A program made the position numbers and the translations under genes. A stretch of 64,000 nucleotides of DNA from Amoebophrya sp. A120. Lineage: Eukaryota; Protista; Dinoflagellata. The stretch's first letter is position 1. Each line of letters starts with the position of its first letter. Positions 38,501 to 49,476 of the stretch are shown here, piece by piece. The notes beneath the pieces are model-generated. The model had not been told where the DNA came from and did no database searches. It was given only the letters and a program-made list of their open reading frames with translations. The stretch is from NCBI GenBank assembly GCA_905178155.1, contig CAJINV010000027.1, forward strand, positions 123,697 through 187,696, read 5' to 3'.

Positions 38501-39234
38501 CTGCATGACACGCCCCACCTTCTCGGGAACAAGTAGAAATGGACAACTTCTGCATTTGCTGCCCGTGCCGCACCACGGATTTTGTGTGATCTAGGACGCG
38601 CATCTTTCCAGAGCCAGAGATCTTCATATTTGCAATGCATAGTGCGAAGGATTGTACCGGGAGTATCTGGAGGAGAGAGGTGGTCGTTATTCCCTGAAAA
38701 TGAGCCATCCCCGTCCGATTTGTCACACAAAACAGGCAGTACATGTCACCAGGTCGGCTTTTGTCATGCAAAAAGTGGCATCAACTGCAAAAATGTCTGG
38801 GTCTGGAAACTTGTGAATGTGATGCTGGGTGGCGTATCATGAGGATGCCACAAGTGCTGGCTCAGCGTGAAAAGTTTCTGAGCTTCTAGGTGTTGCCTAT
38901 TCTGCATGACAAACTGCGTTTCTGCATGGCAGAAAAATGGATCTCTTGGGTAATGTGCATGACAGATTAATTTAAGAGTCATGTGAAACAAGCATGACAA
39001 ACCTGTTAATCTACTTCCAGACCCAGATATATTTGCATTTGATAAGTTGGTGAGGACGGTTAGTTTTCAGAGAATAGTCGTCGTCATGGCACTGCGAGCG
39101 CAGCACGACCGACAGCAGGAGCGGTAGCAGCACCGGTATTTGGATCTCGCGCCGCCGTGGAGCGGGCACAACGGCGCGAAATATTCCACATAACTAGACG
39201 AGGACAACAGCGAACAAGGGGACTAGGGTTCTAA
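32578..39234 (+). CDS. Multi-exon hypothetical protein (13 introners, one containing a nested element)
   Basis: Frame stays open across all junctions from 32578 to TAA 39232-39234; no recognisable domain; both ends uncertain. Confidence 0.6.
33020..33258. mobile_element. Introner family A
   Basis: TIR; DR cgtag/cgtag. Confidence 0.9.
33321..33529. mobile_element. Introner family I
   Basis: TIR; DR ctcgt with 3 extra nt on the right. Confidence 0.82.
33745..34059. mobile_element. Introner family D
   Basis: TIR; DR cgcct/cgcct. Confidence 0.9.
34108..34443. mobile_element. Introner family C
   Basis: TIR; DR gcagt/gcaca; similar to 2131. Confidence 0.9.
34586..35036. mobile_element. Introner family A-like, old and expanded
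   Basis: TIR tatgcattgcaaat; DR ctatg/tgatg. Confidence 0.8.
35141..35564. mobile_element. Introner, degenerate singleton
   Basis: TATCCA/TGGATA ends plus cttcttgag/ctcaagaag; element + 5 nt restores frame. Confidence 0.7.
35951..36100. mobile_element. Introner family B (reverse orientation)
   Basis: TIR; DR tcgag/tcgag. Confidence 0.9.
36157..36477. mobile_element. Introner family D
   Basis: TIR; DR cttcg/cttcg. Confidence 0.9.
37096..37430. mobile_element. Introner family C
   Basis: TIR; DR tcctc/tcctc. Confidence 0.9.
37536..37681. mobile_element. Introner family B (reverse orientation)
   Basis: TIR; DR cgcag/cgcag. Confidence 0.9.
37771..38036. mobile_element. Introner family A
   Basis: TIR; DR cgctc/cgctc. 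Confidence 0.9.
38337..38641. mobile_element. Introner family A-like, degenerate
   Basis: DR gtacg/gtgcg. Confidence 0.82.
38688..39076. mobile_element. Outer introner (TIR TATTCYCTGAAAA) hosting a nested family A element
   Basis: tattccctgaaaa / ttttcagagaata; DR gtcgt/gtcgt. Confidence 0.82.
38779..39044. mobile_element. Nested introner family A
   Basis: TIR; DR agtgg/agttg. Confidence 0.88.
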
Positions 39235-40589
39235 AGGGTCGGAGCGCGTTCGGCGCCCATCTGAATAATGGGTCTGCAACACACAGTAACGCAGCGCAGG
39301 TTCGGTAATGATAATGGAATGAAATTAGCACGAAACAAGTCGCCCGTTTTTGACAACCGAGCACGCGCCGCAGCCTGTCAGGCACAAGACCCAAATAAGA
39401 GAGCCGGCCGCCCCTGCCTTTCCATTCACGTGGAGAAGCGCGGGGGAAATACGCTGGCCCTGGCGCCTGCGTTATTACGGGTCGGGCCGGCGGGGGCCGC
39501 GCCGCCTTCGCCCTTGCTGCTGACCCTTAAAAAACACTGCAAGTATCCGCGGCTGCGGTCCTAGGCAAACCATTTGTCCTCCGCGATTCCTTCGGAAAAA
39601 GTCAAAGCTCACGCCAGACGAAACAGATTGCGCGCAACACCCCCGCCCAATCGCGGGGCCCAGACTTAGAGTTAGGGCCAGCCCTCGAGCTACGTGCGGT
39701 TCCAGCCGCGGACGCACAGACTCTGCAAGCCCTTGCGTTTGCGAGCGATGCAATTATATTCTGAACCCCCCGCCAGTGCCAGACCCTCAAATGACCGTTC
39801 CCAGAAAGGCCCACAGCCGTTCCCAGAAAGGCCCCCCCCCTGCCAAGGAAATGCGAGCGCCGTCTTACTCTGCCAAGCACCTCGAATCAGGGCGCTGGGC
39901 AAGATTGTGCGCCGAGTTCGGGTGCGCGCTTGGAGTGGCCGCAACCAAGGGCAACGCCCGACGAACGAGCGCACTCTGTGCACGTAGCCGGGTGTGTTGC
40001 TTCCCAGGTTGCAGGAGAAGGGCTCGCTGTAGGCGCGCCAGGCATTCAGACAGCCAAAGGCCACAGCAGCGCGCTCCCCGCGATTCTTTCTGCCCAGTAA
40101 ACAGGTTCGGGCCTGCGGGTGTTGGGGACAGAAAATCAGTGTCGAACGCGCACTGTTCTCGGGGGCGAGCCCATGCGCGAAGCATGTGCCTACAAGCCTG
40201 ATGCCGGGGCGACGCCGCATGTTCAGAAAGGGCGGGCGGCCTCGGGCGGAACAGCCTGTGCCTGCCGCACTTAGCACGCGCGGCCGCAGTGATCAGGCCC
40301 GCTGTGCCTGCAATGCCAGCGGAGGCGCCCTTGTTGACGCGGGGGGAACAAGCGCTAGGTGGGTTGATTGCGAGGGCGGCGCAAGTCGGAGGCCAATTTC
40401 AATGCAAGCCAGAGGGTGGGGGCGCCATCCTCGCTGAAAAAACGCACATGAAGGTCAAAGCAGAGCTGTTCCAGAAATTAAGCGCAATGAACAAGCGCTG
40501 CCAGCATTAGTTATAATGGCGCAAGCGCTCTATTTCTGCACAAAAACATGCTCGAGATGCACGTTAGAAAATAGCAAAAAGCGATGAAA

Positions 40590-40970
40590 TTCTGACGAAA
40601 AGGAGACCCCTGACCTTTAGAGGCCTGGGGCCTCCTTTGGGGTCTCCTTTTGCCACTTATGGCTCGCGATTCAAGAAAAAAACTGTGGAACCTCTAGAGG
40701 TCAGTGGCCCCCTTTGTTGTCTCCTTTCGAGAATAGCGTGGTGATTCGAAGCAGAAAAAGCTTCGCAGGAGACTCGACCTCTTGAGGTCAGGGGTCTCCT
40801 TTGGGGTCTCCTTTTCGTCAGAATTAGAGCCTGTTTGCAGTTTCAATAAAGTACACCAAAAAAGGCCCGACCTCTAGAGGTTTTGGTCTCCTTAGGGGTC
40901 TCCTTTGGGGTCTCCTCGGCTGTAGTGCCATTGTGGAACGTGTTGCCTATAGGTTTTGGTCTCCTTGTTC
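40590..40970. repeat. Satellite-like cluster of GGGGTCTCCTTT and GACCTCTAGAGG motifs in both orientations
   Basis: Multiple degenerate copies; ttctgacgaaaaggagacccc is inverted relative to ggggtctccttttcgtcagaa. Confidence 0.75.
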
Positions 40971-41040
40971 GTCAGGTTTTGGTCTAGTTGGTTGCAGTCT
41001 ATAGTTCTCTTGGGTAAAAACAGGATCGCGAGTGCGAGAA

Positions 41041-44000
41041 ATGGCGCGTGGCGGTGCCGATGCGGCGTTGCATGACATGGCCGAAAGGCGTTCAGAATTG
41101 GGCTGCCAATTTTGCCTGTGCAAAGAGGAGGTAGAAGGGGGGAACACGGTCACGCATACGCGATATGATGCTGGTCATCAGTTGTTCTTTGAATTGACCC
41201 CGAAATTTGGTTGTCGGCCGTCGTCTCTTCTCGAGGAAGCCGCCTTTCTCGAGAATCCGGGTCCCGCGAAACTGAGGCCCCGGCTCGCGGAGTATCTGCA
41301 GACGCACAGTGACGTGTCGTGCGAAGGTTGCCTGTTTTTCCCTAAAGAACTGCATGGAGTTTATCGCCGCGTCACTGAGCTCCTTCAGCTTTACAAGTCC
41401 CGTTCTGCGATGGCGTCGGCGAGCCTTAGACTTCCAGTCAGTGTGGGATCTAGAGTATACATTGCAAATATGTTCGGGTCTCCTGCAAAGTCGTCGTGCT
41501 AATACATGAGTCACAAAATGACTTGATGGCACCCAAGAATGACAAATTTTTGAGCAGTCCTGTGGTGCGTGGTGTGCCTGGGACACTGCGTTTCTGCATG
41601 ACATAGAACCAGCACTATTCCGCAACACGCGTTACAGAGTTCGGGAGCATCAGAGTTCAGCACTACAAGTCTGGCACACTTCGTCCAGACCCACACTACA
41701 TATTTGCAATGCATATAGAGGCACGGATCTTGGCGCATCCGGTCTTGCTTCGGAGCTGGAAACACTGAGGATCACGGAGAATGAGGAAGCAATGGGGATT
41801 GCGTATCAAATGCAAAAATGCCTGGGTCTGGAAACTTGTGAAGCTGAGTGGCGAATCATGAATATGCCGCAGGCGACGGCCTAGCATGACAAGTTTCAAC
41901 ATCTGAGTTGCTAGGTGTTGTCTATTCACCATGACAAAGTGCGTTTTTGCATGACAGAAAATTGGGGCTTTTAGGTAACGTGCATGACAGACTTGAGACT
42001 CATGTTGGCCGAACATGACAACGACAAAATTGCATTCTTCCAGAGCCGGGCATACTTATTTGCAATGCATATTGCAGCTAGAAACGCAATGACATCACCC
42101 GTGTTTCGGTATTCTCCTTCGTCCAGGCGGGGAGAGTACGTGGCAGGCGGCTCTTCTTACCAGTGCGCGGCCCCGCCCGGCGCTGGCGCGGCGGATCGTT
42201 CTACTATCGCAAGAAAAAACTGTCTCAGTCCCAAATGTTATTTGCTTTTGCAGCCTCAGCAGTACAATTTTCTGAAAAAAAAAATCTCTGATGCCCATTC
42301 CTCAAACATGAACGACGACTTTCTTGCGCGTCGCGCGGGGCTTGTTTTCCCTTCAACATTTTGATTTTGTTTTTCTTTTTTGGGTCGCCAGATAGTTCCC
42401 CTCTACTATCAAAGAGCCCGTTCGTTTTTGCATATCTTCCTATGTGCCGCTCGTGTGTGGGGGGTTGTGCGCTCGCTGTCGTTTTTGCATTGCCCAACCG
42501 ATGCCCCCCCCCCTTCTTGCTTCTCGCAGAGACCTTGCGTGCCGAAAAATGGCGGGCGAAGCCTTGCTTCCCGTATCCCTTATCCGTTGTGCCGCCCCGG
42601 CTTTCTTCGGTTCGGTGTTACTGCTTGGCAAAGTTTGGCACAGCAGTCGTGTGTGATCCATTTGCATGCCGAGACTGCTTATTCGCGCCTTTGGCGTTCT
42701 TTGCTGCTCTTTCACGGGAAAACTGTTTGTATGTATGAAGCCTGCTCTACCCTTGTACCCCCTTCAGATTATTCCATCAACATTGTGCCCAAAAAAAAGA
42801 ACCGGAGGCTTTGCGGGTTGGCATAATCTGTCGGGTATTTAGTTTGCTTGGTCATGATTTAACGCCTTTTCCCTCCCCCGTCGGGGGGGGAAGGAAAGGG
42901 CCCTCTCCCCCCCCTTCCGATCCTGACGGATCAAAAAGTATCCGTTTTTTTCTCGGATTCTTCATACGATGTAGGAACCGCCGGATAGGGAACCACCCGC
43001 GATAATGGATCTTCCCACTTGCCTAGCGGCCACCCGCGTTCCCGGCCCCGGAGCATCGGTAGCACTTTCACGGACCTTTGTTTTTTACCCATACATTGGT
43101 CCGTGAATGAGAGTCGCCTTGAGATTCCGTACCCCGTCACTTGATCCTACTGACTCTAGTACCCCGGATCGGTCGTATTGGCTCGTCATCTGGATCAACA
43201 ACAGTGCAGATGGTACAGCTCTCTTTCGGACATTCATGCTTCATTGGTTCTTGTCTTAAATTCCCACCCAACGTCGTCCTCCCCAGGAATGACTCGGACT
43301 TTGCACACTTTCACTTTCACTTTCACTTTTCACTTTCATTCCTCAAACATGAACGACGACTTTCTTGCGCGTCGAGTAAGTACGAGAAATCGAAAGAAGT
43401 GACCCAAGGACGAAGTTGCGCAATTTTTACAAGTTGAGACTGAGACAGCTTTTTCTCGCGATATCTCCCGCCGGGGCAGCAGGGTTGCGCGACCAGTCCG
43501 GCGCAAGCGGAAGCGGAAACGCCAGTTACTACAGGAAGCACCTCATGAGCGATGAAGCCGAGCAGGACACCACGCGCGATGCTGTTGCGAACACGTTTGT
43601 TGTGTCTGCCCGGAAAATTTTGCGGGGACTGGACCCCGCAACGTGGGGACTTGCGCGCCTCGGCCAGCAGCTTCGCAGAGCGGGCAAGATTTTCGCGCGG
43701 ATGCGGAAAGAAGTCGAGGAAAAAATGAATCCGCAGCGCGCGGGCGGAATTGCATCTGTTAATCTGTCGCAGGTCGAAGAGGCGCGGGCGGAAGTGCAGC
43801 AGTTGCGCGATTACCCAGTGCAAATACGTCTGGGTCTGGAAAAGTGGAACTTGTATATGCGTGTCTTGCATTCTTGGAGGAGAATCTGTGCTGCATGAGC
43901 CGCAGACGAACAGCTTCCTTTGTTTTTATGTAGAAACTCAATTTGTAAAAATCGTAATGCGCTCTAGACATCAGAATGCGTCTCGAAAACTTATCATGCT

Positions 44001-46102
44001 GGGCTGCCATTGCAAGCCCTTCAATCATCCGCAATTCAGCATCGCAGGTTTCCAGACCCAGACATGTTTGCATTCGATGGCGATTCGGAGGCGAGTGTGT
44101 GCCGGGCGGCAGACGACGACATCGAGAATGGTTTTCTATCAAAGTTGCGTGACGTTGACCGCTGGCTAGAAGTTCCCGAGGAAGAGGCCGAAAGCTGGAT
44201 GCGGAATCTCTTCGGATCGGAAAGTGGTGGCGCGGCTGGGGGTAGCGAGGCTGGAAGTGGAGGCGGCGCTGGGAGTGGAAGCGGGGCTGGGAGTGGAGGC
44301 GGGCCGCCTGGGAGTGGGAGTGCAAGTGCGGCAGGAAGTGCTGTGCCACCTGTTCCCGCCCGTCGCTTCCCAGTAGCGGGGGACGTAAAAATTGAATGGC
44401 TACCCTGGTACGACGCTTTGCCTCTGCGCCTGCGCCGACAAGGAGAAATAAACGACGAGACATTGGAAGTTGCCCGTTTAGCGATCGCCTATCAACAATT
44501 TGCCCAGCCAGAACCCCACTGGAGCGGTAGTTCTGCTTCGTACGGGCTTAGCCCGGCGACGACCGCCGCCGAGCGGCACGCCCGCGAAAAAAAGCTTTCG
44601 TCAGAAGTCCGGAGGGCACAAGGTGTGTGGCTCTGCGCCGTAAGTCAATGGCTATCGGCCTGGAACCTGCAATTGGCAACTACGCTGAAGAAGTTCATGC
44701 CTTTAGACGGTTGGGCAAGTCGTAGCCCTTATACAGATCAGAATTTCTGGCCTCACACAACGAAGACGACCCCCCCAGAACCTTCATTTCCTGCCGACGT
44801 TGGGCGGCAATCAGACAGAGCCCATTATGAATTGCAAATGGGTCGCACTAGTAAAACAAATGAATCGCCGCGTGACAAGCTAATTATCTGTTTACTAAAT
44901 AAAAGAATCAGGGCGGGCGAGGGGGTGATCGCTACTAGTGGGAACCCTGCTAGTGGAAAGCTGCTAGGGGAAAAGGGGCCACTAGTAGAAATCCTGCTAG
45001 TGGTTTTATGATCGCCAAAACGGGCTTCCGGCTACTAGTAAAGCGCAGCCGGGCCCCCGGGTGGCCTTCGGGCCCGCCGGCCATGGTCTGGGCCCCTGGC
45101 CTTGGCCTAGGTGCCCTGCGGTTCGCGATTGGCTGCCCCGGGCCGGAGTCGTGCTGCATTCTGGCGCCCCTTGCCCTTCGCCCCCTGTTGCGAGGTGTTT
45201 GGCGCCAGTTTTCGCCTTTCCCTTCCGTCTGTGTGTGACTCTGCAGGCGTGCCTCTCTCGCGTGCTCGCCGCCGCGGGGCCTCTTCGTTCGGCCCCAACG
45301 GGGTTGCGTGCTTTTGCCGCGTTTCCTTTGGGTCGCCGGGCTTTTTGTTTTTGGTTTGCGCCTCGCCTCCGTGCCCTGCTTCGGCGCATTGGTTTCGTTT
45401 TCAGGGCTTTCGTCTGGTTGAAGCGAGTCTTGGCCCACTTGCTCTTCTTGTATGTCGGCTTTCTGGCTTGTAAAGCAAATCGCCCGCAGTGCGGCGCCTG
45501 CCTTTCCGCCGCCTTCCTGTGCTCTTTGTCTTGCCTTGCGCCAGCCCCGCTTCTGGTCTTTTGGCCTTTTGTGCCCCCTTTTCCTTCGCCCTGTTTCGTG
45601 TGGTTCGCCTTCCGGGCCTTCGCAAAGGCTCTGCGAACGCCTTACGGCCGCCCTGTTTGTGGAGGCCTGGGCAGTGGCTGCGCTTTGTGCCCCCTGCCAC
45701 CCTCCGCGCCTTGCGGCCTTGATGTGTGTGTGTCCTTCGCTCACGCTCAGGGAGTGTGGCGTCTGTGTGTGTTGTCATTGCTTTCCGCCTGTTGTTTGAG
45801 CATAGTTTGGGCGTGGCCAGTGAGGTTTGGGCCCGCCATGGGTTTTCTCCTAGGGGTTCTTTCTCCCTCGCCCCCCCTTGCCCCCCCTCGTGTCGTCGCC
45901 GGGCCGGCGGGCGCGGAGCGACCGCCCGTTCTAGATAGTAGAACAAATGAATCGCATGACAAGTTTCCTCAGCGTGAGAAATCGGATTTGTAGTGTGGAC
46001 GTACCTTAAGAATAAGAGGGAGATCATTCGTAACGCATGACTGCAATCAGTACGAGTGCGATTCTTTTGCAATGTATACTGAAACTGATGCTGATGGCGC
46101 AA
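41041..46102 (+). CDS. Multi-exon hypothetical protein, 3' end unresolved; N-terminal CxxC motifs and Gly/Ser-rich linker
   Basis: ORFs 41032, 41984, 43416 and 44010 join in frame after removing elements at 41456, 41804, 42205, 43812 and 44826; the element starting at 46103 has no clear right end. Confidence 0.55.
41456..41715. mobile_element. Introner family A-like
   Basis: DR tagag/tagag. Confidence 0.88.
41804..42071. mobile_element. Introner family A
   Basis: DR ttgcg/ttgca. Confidence 0.88.
42205..43463. mobile_element. Introner (TIR TATCGC.AGAAAAA.CTGTCTCAGTC) expanded by a nested 1-kb insert
   Basis: 26-bp TIR; DR tctac/tctcc; removal restores frame. Confidence 0.85.
42334..43336 (+). 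mobile_element. 1-kb insert with (ACTTTC)n tail and a perfect 38-bp direct repeat
   Basis: 42296-42333 = 43337-43374. Confidence 0.8.
43812..44079. mobile_element. Introner family A-like
   Basis: DR gcgat/gcgat. Confidence 0.85.
44826..46078. mobile_element. Degenerate family B introner hosting a nested 1.05-kb element
   Basis: tatgaattgcaaatgggtcgcactagta / tacgagtgcgattcttttgcaatgtata. Confidence 0.75.
44882..45935 (+). mobile_element. Second copy of the GC-rich hairpin + CTAG element, with ~30-bp imperfect direct repeat
   Basis: 3' end matches ~16170-16209; flanks tagtaaaacaaatgaatcgc..tgacaag / tagtagaacaaatgaatcgcatgacaag. Confidence 0.85.
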
Positions 46103-47337
46103 TATCAAATGGAAATTAATATGACTACTCCCACGAAGCCGAAGGCCATATCTTAATATCTGCCAAAAGCTTGATGTGTATATCTGGCTCAGCATGATCA
46201 GAGAGCATGATCAGGAAGCATCGCGGGTTTCGAGTCCAGCTACACAGTGAGGGGGGGGTTAGCAGTGTGCAAACCGTAACCTAACTACTTAGCGAACCCC
46301 GCAACACATTTAAAAGTATTTTTCTTGCAGGAGGGTTCTAATGATAAAAGCAGGTAAATAAACAAACTGTCTCTGATGTCGCCACTTTTTCTAAAAATTT
46401 TTGGATTGGCTTTGGCAACGGTGCAAGAGCAAATCTACGGACATACGTTCAGCATGCGAATCTACCCTGGCCTTGCATTTTTGTCAGGTGTTGTTTCTCT
46501 GATGTCATGAGCTTTTCCCCCTCTTATTCCTCGCCGTCGTGCTCGTGCCGACACTATACCGGCGAGCCGGCAACTAAACGCGCTCACCTTGCGTTTGCAA
46601 AGGCAAGGCTTCGTGGGAGCTGCGCTTCATTTTTCCACAGGAGATTAGCACGACCAAGCGACGCCAAGTGCTAGTTATGATCCGCAGTCGCTGGCCCAGC
46701 TGTTCAACAGATCATTGGAAGCGGAGCAAAGCGTACAGAACGCGCTGCGTGAATGGCGCTCACACCAGGAAAGCTCGCTTGGGTTGTCTGGTGGCGCTGC
46801 TACTGAAGATAAAGTGTCGAGAAACCCAGCTAAGTTGTTGGGTATGGTCCATTTGATGACAAAGCCAGGAGGCAGCGAGAAATCAAAAAAAACATCTTTC
46901 GAGATCAATTTAACGATGGAAGCGGAGACGATTGAGAACACCCCCCCCCACGGCCGACGGATGGGGTGGTGGGGGTCCGTTTTTGCACCCCCCCACGGCC
47001 GACGGATGAGGCGGTACATCTACACTTATGGGGAGGAAATGACAATCGGTCATGCTTACGGGTCACGAGAGAGCAGGACGCACTGCAGACAAAGATGTCC
47101 TGTCTTGTATTCACTGACCTACACCTCCTAATCATGAAAATCATGGCCAACAGTACCACCAGGGCACGAGCCCCTGTAAAGCTATGCCTGCGCCGGTGCT
47201 GCAGCTGCACAACCCACGCCGGAAAGTGGAATACTCCAAGAAATAAAGTAGGAAATCTGGAACTACAAGAAGCGAAGTGCTTATGGTCCACCATCCATGT
47301 GCGCTTAGCTTGTTCGTGACCCGGATGATTTGAAGAC

Positions 47338-48966
47338 ATGACTATTGCACCGCATACTTCTACTACGACCTCGTCTCTGCGACAGGTAACAACTACAACA
47401 CACTTATCCAACGGCTCCTATACAATTAATACAACGGACACGTATGCGGGCCCGGACGAAGACGCACACGGATCCACCGTCATTTGCGAACGAATGGTGG
47501 AAGAGGCCGACTTATCAAATGTAAAAATGTCTGGGTCTGGAAGAATGCGAGATTTGTCATGCATATTTCGGATCACGCAAATGGCGTCTGATGCAGGCAA
47601 AAGCATCACAGGTTTTGAGCACGCCTCATGATGCCTGTCCCGCATGAGAAACTTCCTACTTGCGTGCCAAGAAATGGACAGCTTTGGGCGCTCATGCAAC
47701 ACAAATTTTTGTGTGTTCCCGAGTTTGCATCACAAGTTCCAACCCTTCCAGACCCAGACATTTTTACATTTGATACGACTGGGACGAGGACACCGAGTAT
47801 CAAAATGAAAAATCCCCCCGCCCCATATCGAAACGAAGTCTGTGATGCTGGATTTGCGTACGCAATTAAGATTTGTCTTGCTGGAAAGGACAACTGCAGG
47901 CCCATATCAAGACTGAGTAGAGCGAGAGGTTTTGACCTAGGCACTTAGCATGAGGAGCGTCTGCGCTGTAGGCCTAACAGCATCACAAACCGCCTGCATA
48001 ATGCGGCGGGGCCTGCGGGGTTGACTTCTTGCAAGACAGAGATGATTTGTGGTCGCAAATCAGCATTGCAAATTTTCTAGGACGTACCTTTTCGATATGG
48101 GGAGGGGGGATTTTTCCCCGCGATACCGAGATTCTTCAGTTTGAAGAAGGCTACCCGAAACTGGTGCCACATCAGGACGACGCCGCTTGGATAAGTCAAC
48201 ACGTATCCATCAACAAATCACTCTGTCCGGGTATCATGGAAAAAAGTTGTACTTAGTACATGCGGAATTTGAATTTCTGTAATGTTGTATATAAAAAGTG
48301 CAGCCCACGCCCAGCTACTTCTTAACAGGTTAATATACTTATACTGCTGCATACCAAAACCACTTATTATATTACGCACACGCTCTACAAGAACTCATGC
48401 GTGGTGCGCTGGCGCACTACAAAGGCGGGTGTTCTCGCATGACAAATTATGGAGCGGGGCTACCGCTACTCCTGCCGGTCATGCAATACCGATTTCCGTT
48501 TTCCAGGAAGCGAATGCATATGCAAGACAGGCATGACAATCTTCGCTTTTTGTCCACGACACCCAGATGAAGACAACATATTTGCAGTTGATAGCACCGG
48601 GAGCAGGCTCATCCTACCTTGTCCGCAGTGCTCAAACAGGTGTGGCACGCATTTTCTGGCTCCGGACTGGAGCCAAGGAGCGGTGCACATTTTACTGTTT
48701 TGACCAATGCAAAGGACGAGGTGAACTACTTTGAGCGCAAAAGGCGGACCGAGAGATGGAACCGCACCGGTCTTGGGACGAATGTGGACCACGTACGCGG
48801 GCAGATCGAACAGCACTTCGCGGCAGCCTTCCGGCGATTCCGGGAGACTGGCGCATTTGACAGAAGAGCTGCGGAGCTGAGGGCGGGAAGCCACCCCATG
48901 CCGCCACCGGGGTCTGCATTAGCCGAGGCGTTAGGCATTGTTCAGAGCGAGGCCATAATACATTGA
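47338..48966 (+). CDS. Hypothetical protein or 3' part of the preceding gene (3 introners)
   Basis: ORFs 47338, 48029 and 48619 join in frame; stop at 48966. Confidence 0.5.
47513..47775. mobile_element. Introner family A
   Basis: TIR; DR cgact/cgact. Confidence 0.9.
47798..48125. mobile_element. Introner family C
   Basis: TIR; DR ccgag/ccgag. Confidence 0.9.
48204..48593. mobile_element. Introner family A-like, old
   Basis: Degenerate TIR; DR acacg/gcacc; removal restores frame. Confidence 0.7.
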
Positions 48967-49476
48967 AAAGTGCCCCCAGGACGACCCCAGAAGCAGAACT
49001 CGGCAGCATTTGCATTGCAAAGCCTCGTTACGAAAACACTAGCCACACTTTGCAAGTATCAGACAGCAGCGCCACAAGTTTTCAAAGCTGCATAGCATAA
49101 GCTACTTGCTGTTGCAAATAAAGAGCCCAGCAAAAGCCGGGCCTCTCATGTACTAAAACCTGCCTTGTCTCAGTGTCGTGCCTAGATTCTGACTCATAGC
49201 GGTCCAGTCATCTTGCCAGACAAAAACTTTCCGTTTGGACGAAAAATCTCTGCAGCAGAAACTTTTGCAGCTTCCGGGGTAGAGATAGGGCACTTTGCAT
49301 TGTAATAGGCCAATCTACTATCAAACGAAAAAAGTGTTACAGTTACAAATTTCTCAGCATGAGAGAGAAACCTTGCATTGCAGAAATCCTACGGGAAAAC
49401 ACGTAGGAAACAAGGCTTCTATGCAGATCCGGCATGACAGAGCTTGTCTGTCTTGCTATGCCTGCAACACAGTGTG

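Noticed and set aside
46103-47337. Continuous gene model linking 41041-46102 to 47338-48966
   Set aside because: Right ends of the putative elements at 46103 and ~46843 could not be identified.
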